Assembly (NCBI GenBank): GCA_902635455.1
Contig: CACPNW010000006.1
Location: forward strand, 961-64,960
DNA from: an uncultured Alphaproteobacteria bacterium
GTDB lineage: Bacteria > Pseudomonadota > Alphaproteobacteria > HIMB59 > GCA-002718135
DNA: 64,000 nt
Direction: 5' to 3'
The notes under the pieces were generated by a model. The model made no database searches. It worked only from the letters and a program-made list of their open reading frames with translations, and was not told the origin of the DNA. The position numbers and the translations under genes are program-made. Numbering within the stretch: position 1 is the first letter of the stretch; each line of letters begins with the position of its first letter. Below are positions 53,243 through 62,573 of the stretch, piece by piece.

Positions 53243-54444
53243 TGAATACAACAAAAATATCATACAAAAAACCTCTTTTAGAAACACCTTTTCACGAAAG
53301 AACATCAGAGCATTGTTATTCAAATGATTGGTATCGATGGGCTGGATATAAAGTAGCAAAAGAATATTCATCAACAGAACTTGAATATACTTCGATGAGA
53401 AATACAGCTGGAGTAATAGATATTACTCCTATGCATAAATATGATATTAAAGGTGAGGATGCTAAAAATTTTATTAATAAATTAATTACAAAAGACATTT
53501 CTAATATTCAATCTAATCAAGTTGCTTACGGCATATGGTGCAATGAAGATGGAATGGTAATTGATGATGGAACAATATTTTGCTTTAATGAAAATCATTT
53601 TAGAATTTTTTGTGCTGAACGTAATCTAAATTGGTTTTCTGATACAGGAACTGGATTTAATGTAACTATTGAAGATATAAGTTCTTCAATTGCAGCTTTA
53701 GCCTTCCAAGGCCCTTTATCTTGTAAGATTTTAAATTTATTACAAGTAAAAAACATAGAAAACCTAAAACCATTTCATTTTGATAGTTATAAAATTGAAC
53801 ATCATAATGTTATAATTTCCAGAACAGGTTTTTCTGGAGACTTAGGTTATGAAATATGGTGTGATCCTTCTCAAGCCATTGATGTATGGGATAATTTATT
53901 TAAATTTAACAGAGATTATAAAGTACTCGCAGCTGGAATGAATGCACTTGATATGGTGAGAATTGAAGCAGGATTTATCCAACCAAATGCAGATTTTATG
54001 TCTGCAGAACAAGCTTTAAGACCAAATAGAATGAGAAACCCGTATGAATTAGGTTTAGGTTGGTTAGTAAATCTAGATAAAGAGTATTTTACTGGGAAAC
54101 AGGCTTTAATTAGACACAAAGAAAAAGGGCCTGAAAAAAAACTTGTAGGATTGGATGTTGAGGGAGATAAGCCTGCTGTTGGATCTGTCCTCTATGATAA
54201 TAGTAAGAAAAATATAGCCAAAGAAATTGGTATAGTGACAGCAGCAATGTGGTCCCCAGTTCTTAAATCTAATATTGCAATTGGATTTGTTAACAAAGAA
54301 TATTATAAGTTAGGATCTAATGTTTATGCCGAAATTTACCATCCAGAAGAATTGGATTATAGAAAAATTTGGGCTGAATGCAAAGTGGTAAAAAAGCAAT
54401 TTTTTAACAATCCAAGAAGGAATGCTATACCTGCATTTATATAG
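53242..54444 (+). CDS. GcvT/DmdA-family aminomethyltransferase (THF-binding)
   Basis: L..TPFH.R, D.TPM.K..I.G, DG..IDDGT, QGP, SRTGFSG.LGYE, RIEAG. Confidence 0.87.
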   Translation: MNTTKISYKKPLLETPFHERTSEHCYSNDWYRWAGYKVAKEYSSTELEYTSMRNTAGVIDITPMHKYDIKGEDAKNFINKLITKDISNIQSNQVAYGIWCNEDGMVIDDGTIFCFNENHFRIFCAERNLNWFSDTGTGFNVTIEDISSSIAALAFQGPLSCKILNLLQVKNIENLKPFHFDSYKIEHHNVIISRTGFSGDLGYEIWCDPSQAIDVWDNLFKFNRDYKVLAAGMNALDMVRIEAGFIQPNADFMSAEQALRPNRMRNPYELGLGWLVNLDKEYFTGKQALIRHKEKGPEKKLVGLDVEGDKPAVGSVLYDNSKKNIAKEIGIVTAAMWSPVLKSNIAIGFVNKEYYKLGSNVYAEIYHPEELDYRKIWAECKVVKKQFFNNPRRNAIPAFI

Positions 54445-54456
54445 GATATATATTAT

Positions 54457-55608
54457 ATGGAATTTAATCTTTCAGAAGAACAGAATCTTTTAATAAATAC
54501 TACTAAATCATTCGTAAAAGCAGAATTATTGCAACATGAAGAACTATTAGAAAAAACAAATAATTTACCAAAAGAATTGTATGATGAAATTAAGAAAAAA
54601 AGTATTGAAGCAGGATTATATGCTTGCAATATGCCAACTGAACATGGTGGTGGTGGCTTAAATGCTTTTGATTTAACCTTGGTTGAAAAACATCTTGGAT
54701 TTGCATCACTTGCTTTAGCAGAAATTGCTTGGAGACCACAAAATATCTTAATGGCCTGCGAAGGTGAACTAGTAGATGAATACTTAAAACCGACTATTAC
54801 AGGAGAGAGAAAAGATTGTATTGCTATGACTGAACCTGGCGCTGGTTCAGATTTAAGAGGTATGAAAACGAAAGCAGTTAAAGATGGCAATGATTGGATT
54901 ATCAATGGAACAAAACATTTTATATCTAATGCTCACATCTCTGACTTTGTTGTTCTTTTTGCTTCAACAGGTGAAGATGATAAAGGTAGAAATTTACTTT
55001 CTTGTTTTTTAGTTGATTTAAAACAAAAAGGAGTTGAAGTTGCTAAAGGATATGACTGTGTCTCTCACAGAGGATATGTAAATAATATTATACATTTTAA
55101 TGATTGTAGAATTCCTGGAAAAAATATTCTTGGAGAAAAAGATAAGGGTTTTGAATTAATGAATGTTTGGTTGGAAGCTACTAGATTAACTGTAGCAGCT
55201 ACTTCCGTTTCTAGAGCGGAAAGAGCTTTTGATATAGCATTAGATTGGTCTGCAAATAGAAAGCAATTTGGTAAAGTCATTGGTAAATTTCAAGGTGTTT
55301 CATTTAAATTAGCTGATATGGCAACAGAAATTAAGCTAGCAAATTTAATGTTAATGGAATCAGCCTGGAAAATTGATCAAAACACATTAACATCTCAGGA
55401 TGCTGCTATGACAAAATTATTCTGCACAGAAATGGTTGGTAGAGTTTCAGATGAAGCAATTCAAATTTGTGGTGGAATGGGTTTAATGTCAGATATCCCT
55501 CTTGAAAGAATATGGCGAGATGCAAGAATAGAAAGAATTTGGGAAGGAACAAGTGAAATTCAGCGTCATATTATTTCACGTTCTCTTCTAAGACCACTTG
55601 GAGCGTAA
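54457..55608 (+). CDS. Acyl-CoA dehydrogenase (butyrobetainyl-CoA dehydrogenase-like)
   Basis: AMTEPGAGSD, NGTKHFIS, FQGVSFKLADM, RIWEGTSEIQR; upstream of CoA ligase and caiD. Confidence 0.88.
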   Translation: MEFNLSEEQNLLINTTKSFVKAELLQHEELLEKTNNLPKELYDEIKKKSIEAGLYACNMPTEHGGGGLNAFDLTLVEKHLGFASLALAEIAWRPQNILMACEGELVDEYLKPTITGERKDCIAMTEPGAGSDLRGMKTKAVKDGNDWIINGTKHFISNAHISDFVVLFASTGEDDKGRNLLSCFLVDLKQKGVEVAKGYDCVSHRGYVNNIIHFNDCRIPGKNILGEKDKGFELMNVWLEATRLTVAATSVSRAERAFDIALDWSANRKQFGKVIGKFQGVSFKLADMATEIKLANLMLMESAWKIDQNTLTSQDAAMTKLFCTEMVGRVSDEAIQICGGMGLMSDIPLERIWRDARIERIWEGTSEIQRHIISRSLLRPLGA

Positions 55609-55611
55609 TCT

Positions 55612-57648
55612 TTGAATTTAAAAAAACTTTTTAGGCCAAAAAGCCTCGCTTTAATTGGAGGATATTGGGCTGATTTTGTTTACGATGGTAACAAAACTAT
55701 TGGTTACAAAGGTAAAGTTTGGCATATTAATCCTTCAAGACAAAGTTCCAAGACAAAAAAATATTATAAAAATATTAGAGACCTCCCAGAAGTTCCAGAT
55801 TGTGTTTATCTTGCTGTTTCAAGCGACCAAACAGTTAAATTAATTAAAGATATTTCTGATTTAGGTGTTGGAGGAACAGTATGCTTAGCCTCAAGATTTT
55901 CTGAACTTAATTCTAAAGAAGGAAAAGACAAAACTACTAAGCTAATTAGAAATGCAGGTAAAATGCCTTTTTTAGGACCAAATTGCTATGGATTTATAAA
56001 CTACCTAGATAAAATTTCTGTATGGTCAGATCAAGTTGCGGGCATGCCAGTTAAAAAAGGTGTCGCTATTATTTGTCAAAGTGGAACAATTGGCAACACT
56101 ATAAGCTTCAACAATAGATCATTGCCAATTGGTTACATTATTTCACTGGGTAATCAGGCACAAATAACTATAGAAGATGCTATTAACTATGTTCTTGAAG
56201 ATAAAAGAGTGACTGCGATTGGAATTTATGCTGAAAGTTTTACAAATTCAGAAAAATTAGTCACAGCCTTTAGAAAATCAAGATTAAAAAAAATACCTAT
56301 AGCTCTAGTTAAAGTAGGAAGATCTAAAATTGCCTCTAAAACAATTCTTACACATACCGGTTCACTAAGTGGAAAAGAAAATATTTATGATTCTTTGTTT
56401 AAAAGAATGGGCGTCACTCGATGCAATACATTAGGAGAATTATGTGAAATATTGAAATTATTTCATACTCATGGAGTTTTAAAAAATAATAAAATATCAA
56501 TCATGGGACCTTCGGGTGGTGATATGGCTATGATAGGAGATGTTGCGGAAAGATTAAATTTAAACTTTGAAAAAATACCTACAAAAATAAAAGCTAAATT
56601 GAAAAAAGTTAATCACCCAAGTGTAATAATTTCTAACCCATTTGATTTACAAACATATAATTGGAATGATCCTGATGACTTAGAAAAAACATTTAAACTT
56701 ATGTTTAAAACAAATTTTGGAATAAATGCACTAATGTTAGATTTTCCAAATATTGAAGATTGTGATACTAAGGAATGGGATGCAATTGTTGATAAATTTA
56801 TTAAATCTTCTAAAGTCAAAAAAAACGGTGCTATTATTTCCTCACTATCAGATACTTTACCAAAATATTTGAGAGATAAATGTCTTAAGTCTGGAGTAGT
56901 GCCTCTTCAAGGCATGTATGAAGGATTACTAGCAATTAGTAATTCAATTAAGGTTGCAAAAGCATGGAAAAATATTTCTGAAATAAAAATACCAAAAACT
57001 ATATCTAAATTTAAAAAGAAAATAAAAACTTATTCTGAATACGAATCAAAAATAATTTTAAAAAAATATGGAGTACCTATACCAAAGTCTTTAATCACAA
57101 ATAAACAAAATCTATTACGTGATTACAAAAAAATAGGATTCCCTTTAGTAGCAAAAATTAATTCTAATAATATCTTTCATAAAACAGAAATAAATGGAGT
57201 TTTTACAAATATTAATAATGAAAAAGAATTAAGACAAAAAACAAGAAAATTAAAAGGAAGTATATTGTTAGAAAAAATGATTACAAATCCTGTTTTTGAA
57301 ATAATTATAGGAATAAAAAACGACAATGAATTCGGACCCACTATAATTATAGGTGCTGGTGGAATATACACAGAATTATTTAAAGATACGACTACTCTTC
57401 TTTTACCTTTAAATAAAAAAATTATTTTAGAAGAAATAAAAAAACTAAAATTTGGAAAAATATTATTAGGTTTTAGAGGAAAACAAGGTGCTGATTTAAG
57501 TGCCCTTGTTAGTGCAATAATAAAAGTCTCTAAATTTGCTGAAAAAAATTCTGATAAAATTTCAGAAGTTGATATAAATCCACTAATAGTTTGCAAAAAA
57601 GGCAAAGGTGTATTTGCCGTTGATGCATTAATACATTACTTTGATTAA
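55612..57648 (+). CDS. ADP-forming acyl-CoA synthetase (fused alpha/beta)
   Basis: LF.PKS.A, GPNCYG, QSG, SLGNQ, HTGSL phospho-His, ATP-grasp HKTE, E.DINP. Confidence 0.88.
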   Translation: MNLKKLFRPKSLALIGGYWADFVYDGNKTIGYKGKVWHINPSRQSSKTKKYYKNIRDLPEVPDCVYLAVSSDQTVKLIKDISDLGVGGTVCLASRFSELNSKEGKDKTTKLIRNAGKMPFLGPNCYGFINYLDKISVWSDQVAGMPVKKGVAIICQSGTIGNTISFNNRSLPIGYIISLGNQAQITIEDAINYVLEDKRVTAIGIYAESFTNSEKLVTAFRKSRLKKIPIALVKVGRSKIASKTILTHTGSLSGKENIYDSLFKRMGVTRCNTLGELCEILKLFHTHGVLKNNKISIMGPSGGDMAMIGDVAERLNLNFEKIPTKIKAKLKKVNHPSVIISNPFDLQTYNWNDPDDLEKTFKLMFKTNFGINALMLDFPNIEDCDTKEWDAIVDKFIKSSKVKKNGAIISSLSDTLPKYLRDKCLKSGVVPLQGMYEGLLAISNSIKVAKAWKNISEIKIPKTISKFKKKIKTYSEYESKIILKKYGVPIPKSLITNKQNLLRDYKKIGFPLVAKINSNNIFHKTEINGVFTNINNEKELRQKTRKLKGSILLEKMITNPVFEIIIGIKNDNEFGPTIIIGAGGIYTELFKDTTTLLLPLNKKIILEEIKKLKFGKILLGFRGKQGADLSALVSAIIKVSKFAEKNSDKISEVDINPLIVCKKGKGVFAVDALIHYFD

Positions 57649-57656
57649 TTATAATT

Positions 57657-58433
57657 ATGGAAAATCCAATTAAAACAAAAATTGAAGGATCAATCTTAGA
57701 AGTTACAATTGATCGACCAAAAGCAAATGCAATAGATGCTAAAACAAGCATTATCTTAGGCGATGTATTTGCTGACTTTAGAGATAATCCGAAACTAAAA
57801 GTAGCTATAGTAACGGGTGCAGGCGAAAAATTTTTTTCTGCAGGATGGGATTTGAAAGCTGTAAATGAAGGAGAAGAAGCAGATACAGATTATGGTGTAG
57901 GTGGATTTGGAGGATTACAAGAATTACCAAATATGAACAAGCCTATTATTGCTGCTGTAAATGGAATAGCATGTGGTGGTGGTTTTGAAATTATGATTTC
58001 TACAGATATTATAATCGCTGCTGAGCATTCTACATTTGCACTACCTGAAATTAATGTTGGAGTTGTGGCAGATGCTGCTACAATTAAATTACGACGACGT
58101 ATACCATATCACGTAGCTGTCGAGTTCTTAATGACTGGAAGGTGGATGGATGTAAAAGAGGCAAAGCACTGGGGTTTAGTTAATGAAATAGTTAATAAAA
58201 ATAACTTATTAAAAAGAGCTTGGGAGATAGCTACTAAAATTTCAAATGGCCCTAATTTAATTTATTCTTCCATAAAAGAAGTTCTAAGAGAAACTGAAAA
58301 TGAAAAAGAGATACCTTCATTTAAAGTTTTAAGATCATTGGAAAGTGTTAAAAAAGTATATGGAAGCGAAGATTTGAAAGAAGGAGCCTCATCATTTGTT
58401 AAAAAAACTGATCCTAATTGGAAAGATAAATAA
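57657..58433 (+). CDS. caiD: Carnitinyl-CoA dehydratase / crotonobetainyl-CoA hydratase
   Basis: DRPKANAIDAKTS, FFSAGWDLKA, DYGVGGFGG, GGGFE, FALPE. Confidence 0.85.
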   Translation: MENPIKTKIEGSILEVTIDRPKANAIDAKTSIILGDVFADFRDNPKLKVAIVTGAGEKFFSAGWDLKAVNEGEEADTDYGVGGFGGLQELPNMNKPIIAAVNGIACGGGFEIMISTDIIIAAEHSTFALPEINVGVVADAATIKLRRRIPYHVAVEFLMTGRWMDVKEAKHWGLVNEIVNKNNLLKRAWEIATKISNGPNLIYSSIKEVLRETENEKEIPSFKVLRSLESVKKVYGSEDLKEGASSFVKKTDPNWKDK

Positions 58434-58450
58434 ATAAAAAAATAATTTCA

Positions 58451-58479
58451 TTGAATGAGCATTCAGCGAATGTTACTAT
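58451..58479 (+). promoter_or_regulatory. Operator TTGAATG-AG-CATTCAG overlapping promoter TTGAAT-N17-TACTAT
   Basis: Operator 58451-58466; -10 at 58474-58479; ATG at 58486. Confidence 0.72.
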
Positions 58480-58485
58480 AAGGCA

Positions 58486-59862
58486 ATGAAAAACGATTAT
58501 ATTAGTGAAATTCATAAAAAAGACAAATTGGTTTTACACCCATATGAAGATATGGAAAGTAGGGGAACATATGATCGAAAACTCATTGTAAATTCTGATA
58601 ATATTTACCTATATGATGAAAATGGTAAGGAATATATTGATGGACCAGGTGGTATGTGGTGTAACAATATAGGTCATGGAAATAAAGAAATAGGTGAAGC
58701 TGTTAAAATACAACTTGAAAAAATGGAATATTGTAGTCCTTTTTCAGAATCCAGTGAAATTTCTGCTGAACTAGCCTCTGTTTTATCAGAGCTATCTCCT
58801 GGAGATCTAAATACAGTCTTCTTCACAACAGATGGTTCTACAGCCAACGATACCGCTCTTCGATTCATTATGTTTTATAACAACATATTAGGCCGACCTA
58901 ATAAAAAACATTTTATTACTAGAGATAAAGCTTATCATGGAAGCACATATCTAACAGGTTCAATAACAGGAAAAGATAGAGAAAAAAATAATTTTGATTT
59001 TGAAAAAAATTTTATTCACCATTTAAGCTCACCGCTTCCCTACAGAAGAAAAGATAATCAAACAATTGAAGAATTTTGTGATGAACTAGTAAAGGAATTT
59101 GAAGATAAAATAATAGAACTAGGATCAGAAAATGTTGCCGCCTTTATTGCTGAACCAGTTATGGCTTCTGGCGGATGTATTGTACCACCAGATGGATATT
59201 TAAAAAGAATTTGGCAAATATGTAAAAAGTACGATGTTTTATATATATCTGATGAAGTTGTTACAGGATTTGGAAGAATGGGTCATTTTTTTTCATCTAA
59301 AGAAGTTTTTGACGTAGTTCCAGATATAATAACTTGCGCAAAGGGTATTACTTCAGGATATATGCCGTTAGGAGCTGTTTTGTTTTCTGACAAACTTCTT
59401 AGTGACATAAAAAAAGAATCTGCTCTTTTTTTTCATGGATACACTTATTCAGGGCATCCAGCATGTTGTGCAGCTGCATTAAAAAATATTGAAATTATTA
59501 AACGCGATAAAATCCTTCAACATGTCAAAGAAATAGAGCCATATTTTCATGAAAAATTAAAAAATTTGTATGAATTACCAATTGTTGGTGATGTAAGAGG
59601 CAAAGGATTAATGGCGGGAATAGAATGCGTAATAAATAAAGACAGTAAAGAAGCACTAATACTAGATAAGGCTATAGGATCTAGAATTGATGAAGAATCA
59701 ATAAAATTAGGATTAATTATTCGTCCATTATATCATATTTGTGTTTTATCCCCTGCATTAATAATTACAAAATCACAAATCGATACACTTGTTGAAAAAT
59801 TATATACTGCAATTCAAAATTCTCTTAAACAACTTGAGGTAGAAGGTCTTTGGAAAGACTAA
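58486..59862 (+). CDS. Class III (omega-amino/polyamine) aminotransferase
   Basis: DG..G.WC, YHGST, FIAEPV, DEVVTGFGR, AKG.TSGY PLP lysine, HGYTYSGHP. Confidence 0.9.
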   Translation: MKNDYISEIHKKDKLVLHPYEDMESRGTYDRKLIVNSDNIYLYDENGKEYIDGPGGMWCNNIGHGNKEIGEAVKIQLEKMEYCSPFSESSEISAELASVLSELSPGDLNTVFFTTDGSTANDTALRFIMFYNNILGRPNKKHFITRDKAYHGSTYLTGSITGKDREKNNFDFEKNFIHHLSSPLPYRRKDNQTIEEFCDELVKEFEDKIIELGSENVAAFIAEPVMASGGCIVPPDGYLKRIWQICKKYDVLYISDEVVTGFGRMGHFFSSKEVFDVVPDIITCAKGITSGYMPLGAVLFSDKLLSDIKKESALFFHGYTYSGHPACCAAALKNIEIIKRDKILQHVKEIEPYFHEKLKNLYELPIVGDVRGKGLMAGIECVINKDSKEALILDKAIGSRIDEESIKLGLIIRPLYHICVLSPALIITKSQIDTLVEKLYTAIQNSLKQLEVEGLWKD

Positions 59863-59871
59863 TACTGCATA

Positions 59872-61059
59872 ATGTTTTCAGCAATTAAAAACTATGCAGA
59901 TTTTAGCACTGTAAATTCTAGCATTAAATATTTATCAGTAGTTGCTTTTTTTACTGGAGTTGTTTTAGGATATTTTTTTACGATTATAGTAATTTTACAA
60001 AAATATGCAGGCTATTCTGAGTTTACAATTGGAATTGTTGCTTCTTGTTTTTCTTTTGGATTAATGTCTGCTGGTTTTGTAGTCACCAAAGTACTTAATA
60101 AGCTCGGTTTGTTTTCAACTTTAATATCATCTGTTTCTTTGCAAACCTTGTGTATAATTTCGATGTTTGCATATTTTAATCCAATTAATTTTGCAATTTG
60201 TCATTTTATTATGGGTCTTATGGGAGGAATGAATTGGATGACTATGGATGCTTGGGCAAATATAGTTTCTAATAATAAAAATAGAGGAAAGGCTATCGGC
60301 TTATATAATTCTGCAATTTCTATAGGATTTGGTGTTGGCCCCTTAATTGTAGCTTTTTATGGAAGTGCTGGAAATTTACCAATTATAATTTGTTTGTTAT
60401 TAATGACTCTAAGAATTTTTTCTATAATTTTAATTAAAAAACATATTAATGAGGTAGAAATACCGAGTCATAATAATAAAATAAAATTTTCTTATATTCT
60501 GCTAAGTCCTTTTATTTTTATTGCTATATTTGTTGCTGGCATAAATGACTCTTCTTTTGGTGCTCTTTTTCCTGCCTTTATGATAAATGAATTTTTTTCA
60601 GACAGACAAATTGGTTTATATTTTTTCTTAGGAGCATTTGTAGGCGTGCTAACACAACCATTAGTGGGAGCTTTATCTGATAAAATAGATAAAAGGAAAT
60701 TTATATTTATTCTTCTATTTGGTAATATTATATGGCCAATTTTATTACTAAAAATATTTGATTTGAATATATCCGTTTATTTATCAGTAATAATATGGGG
60801 ATGCTCCAGCATTAGTCTATACACTGTTACATTGGCCTATTTAGGCGAAAGATTCGATATCAAACAAATAGCTATTGTTACTTCAGTTTTTATAATAATC
60901 TACGAACTAGGTGAGTTTATTGGTCCAATATCAGTGGGTTTGGTTATGGATCAAATTGGCAATAAAGGATTTATTTATAGTCTATTAATTTTTACTAGTT
61001 TTAGTATTATAATCGGGTTTATTCGATCGTTTTTAAAAAATGAAAATAAAAATTATTAA
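59872..61059 (+). CDS. MFS transporter
   Basis: About 12 hydrophobic segments; RGKAIG, G.LSDKIDKR loop motifs. Confidence 0.85.
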   Translation: MFSAIKNYADFSTVNSSIKYLSVVAFFTGVVLGYFFTIIVILQKYAGYSEFTIGIVASCFSFGLMSAGFVVTKVLNKLGLFSTLISSVSLQTLCIISMFAYFNPINFAICHFIMGLMGGMNWMTMDAWANIVSNNKNRGKAIGLYNSAISIGFGVGPLIVAFYGSAGNLPIIICLLLMTLRIFSIILIKKHINEVEIPSHNNKIKFSYILLSPFIFIAIFVAGINDSSFGALFPAFMINEFFSDRQIGLYFFLGAFVGVLTQPLVGALSDKIDKRKFIFILLFGNIIWPILLLKIFDLNISVYLSVIIWGCSSISLYTVTLAYLGERFDIKQIAIVTSVFIIIYELGEFIGPISVGLVMDQIGNKGFIYSLLIFTSFSIIIGFIRSFLKNENKNY

Positions 61060-61486
61060 AGCAAAAAAAGGAAATGTTAAAGAAGTGGGATTTCTTTTTG
61101 ATTTGTACAGACAGTTTTATAAATATAAACCTGAACTAAAAAAATCAACCAAATATATTAAAGAAAGAATATCAAAAAAAGAGTCTACTATTTTTTTATG
61201 TTACTGTGAAAATGTTCCTGCTGGTTTTGTTCAGCTTTATGAAACATTCGACTCTCTAAATGTTAACAAGAAATTAGTTTTATATGATTTATATGTAAAG
61301 AAAGAATTTAGAAAAAATGGAATAGGTAAATCCTTAATGAATGTAGCTAAGAAATTTGGGCATAAAAAAAAGATAAAATTAATAGAATTATCAACTGCTA
61401 TAAAAAACAAGAAAGCTCAATCATTATACGAATCTCTTGAATATAAACGAGATAAGGAATATTATAGTTATTATCTTGAATTATAA
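61040..61486 (+). CDS. GNAT N-acetyltransferase (polyamine acetyltransferase-like)
   Basis: LFD.YRQFY, GFVQLY, DLYV...R..GIG, N..AQ.LYE. Confidence 0.85.
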   Translation: MKIKIIKAKKGNVKEVGFLFDLYRQFYKYKPELKKSTKYIKERISKKESTIFLCYCENVPAGFVQLYETFDSLNVNKKLVLYDLYVKKEFRKNGIGKSLMNVAKKFGHKKKIKLIELSTAIKNKKAQSLYESLEYKRDKEYYSYYLEL

Positions 61487-61491
61487 ATATT

Positions 61492-62061
61492 ATGGAAACT
61501 GTTAAATTCAAAGAAATGAAAGATGGCGACAAAGAAGATTATGAACTTCTCGCTAAATTTGAAGATAAATATATTGAAGGTACTGCAGATAGAGTTATTC
61601 GAATTTTAAAAGGATTAGATTCCTCTTTGGGAGGTTATCAAATTTCTAGACTCGAACACTCATTACAAACTGCTTCAAGAGCTTTAAGAGATAAAGCGGA
61701 TGAAGAAACTATTGTTGCCGCTTTGTTGCATGACATTGGTGATGAAATAGCCCCATTAAACCATTCAGAAATATCAGCAGCAGTATTAAAACCATTTGTT
61801 TCAGAAAAAACTCATTGGATTGTTCAAAAGCACGGACTTTTTCAATCTTATTATTATAATCACCACTATGGACAAGACAGAAATTTAAGAAATAAATTTA
61901 AAGGTCATCCCTTTTATGAAGATACTTTGAACTTTTGTTCCAAATGGGATCAAAATTCATTTGACCCTAACTATGAAACTATTCCATTAAAAGATTTTAT
62001 TCCAATGGTCTATAGAATTTTTAAACGAGAACCCCATAAACATGTCTACTTAGGCTTGTAA
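61492..62061 (+). CDS. HD-domain protein, PhnZ/TmpB-like diiron enzyme
   Basis: LEHSLQTA, AALLHDIG, NHSE, KHG, WD ligand spacing. Confidence 0.75.
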   Translation: METVKFKEMKDGDKEDYELLAKFEDKYIEGTADRVIRILKGLDSSLGGYQISRLEHSLQTASRALRDKADEETIVAALLHDIGDEIAPLNHSEISAAVLKPFVSEKTHWIVQKHGLFQSYYYNHHYGQDRNLRNKFKGHPFYEDTLNFCSKWDQNSFDPNYETIPLKDFIPMVYRIFKREPHKHVYLGL

Positions 62062-62062
62062 T

Positions 62063-62530
62063 TTATTTTTTTAATTTTCCTAACAAGCTTAAATTACCTG
62101 GTTTGAACTGATCTTTATGACTATCTATAAATTCTTGTATTAGTTTTCTTTTAGAGTCTTCAAACTCAGTAACTTTTCTAGTGCTTAGATCCACATATAA
62201 AGAACAAACTTCCGTTGTTGCCGCTAAATATTTTTCTGACTTATGAATCATTTCAAGTTTATAAACAATTCGCTTCTTATCAAAATCAATAAAAAGTAAA
62301 TTCATATCAACCTCGTCACCTACCTTAACTTCCATGTCATATGTTGTATGAGATTCCACTGCAAATGTTGTTCTTTTTTCAATTTTAGCTGAGTCCTCTC
62401 CTATGTTAAACTTTTGAAGAAGTACTTCCCATGATGCATCAAACAAATGAATGTAAAATGCTAGATTCATATGCCCATTGTAATCAGTCCACTCTGATTT
62501 AACTCTTCCTGTTTTTAAAAATATAGACAC
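62063..62530 (-). CDS. Hot-dog thioesterase (betainyl-CoA thioesterase CdhB-like)
   Basis: V..EW.DYNGHMN..Y, F..E.H..Y..E; adjacent to cdhC/cdhA. Confidence 0.8.
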   Translation of the reverse strand: MSIFLKTGRVKSEWTDYNGHMNLAFYIHLFDASWEVLLQKFNIGEDSAKIEKRTTFAVESHTTYDMEVKVGDEVDMNLLFIDFDKKRIVYKLEMIHKSEKYLAATTEVCSLYVDLSTRKVTEFEDSKRKLIQEFIDSHKDQFKPGNLSLLGKLKK

Positions 62531-62573
62531 TTGTTAATTTCCTAATTCTGAGATACATTATTTTTAATTAAAA

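Noticed and set aside
53242-54444. Calling the aminomethyltransferase gcvT or dmdA
   Set aside because: No gcvH/gcvP adjacent and no evidence for DmdA orthology from sequence alone; left at family level.
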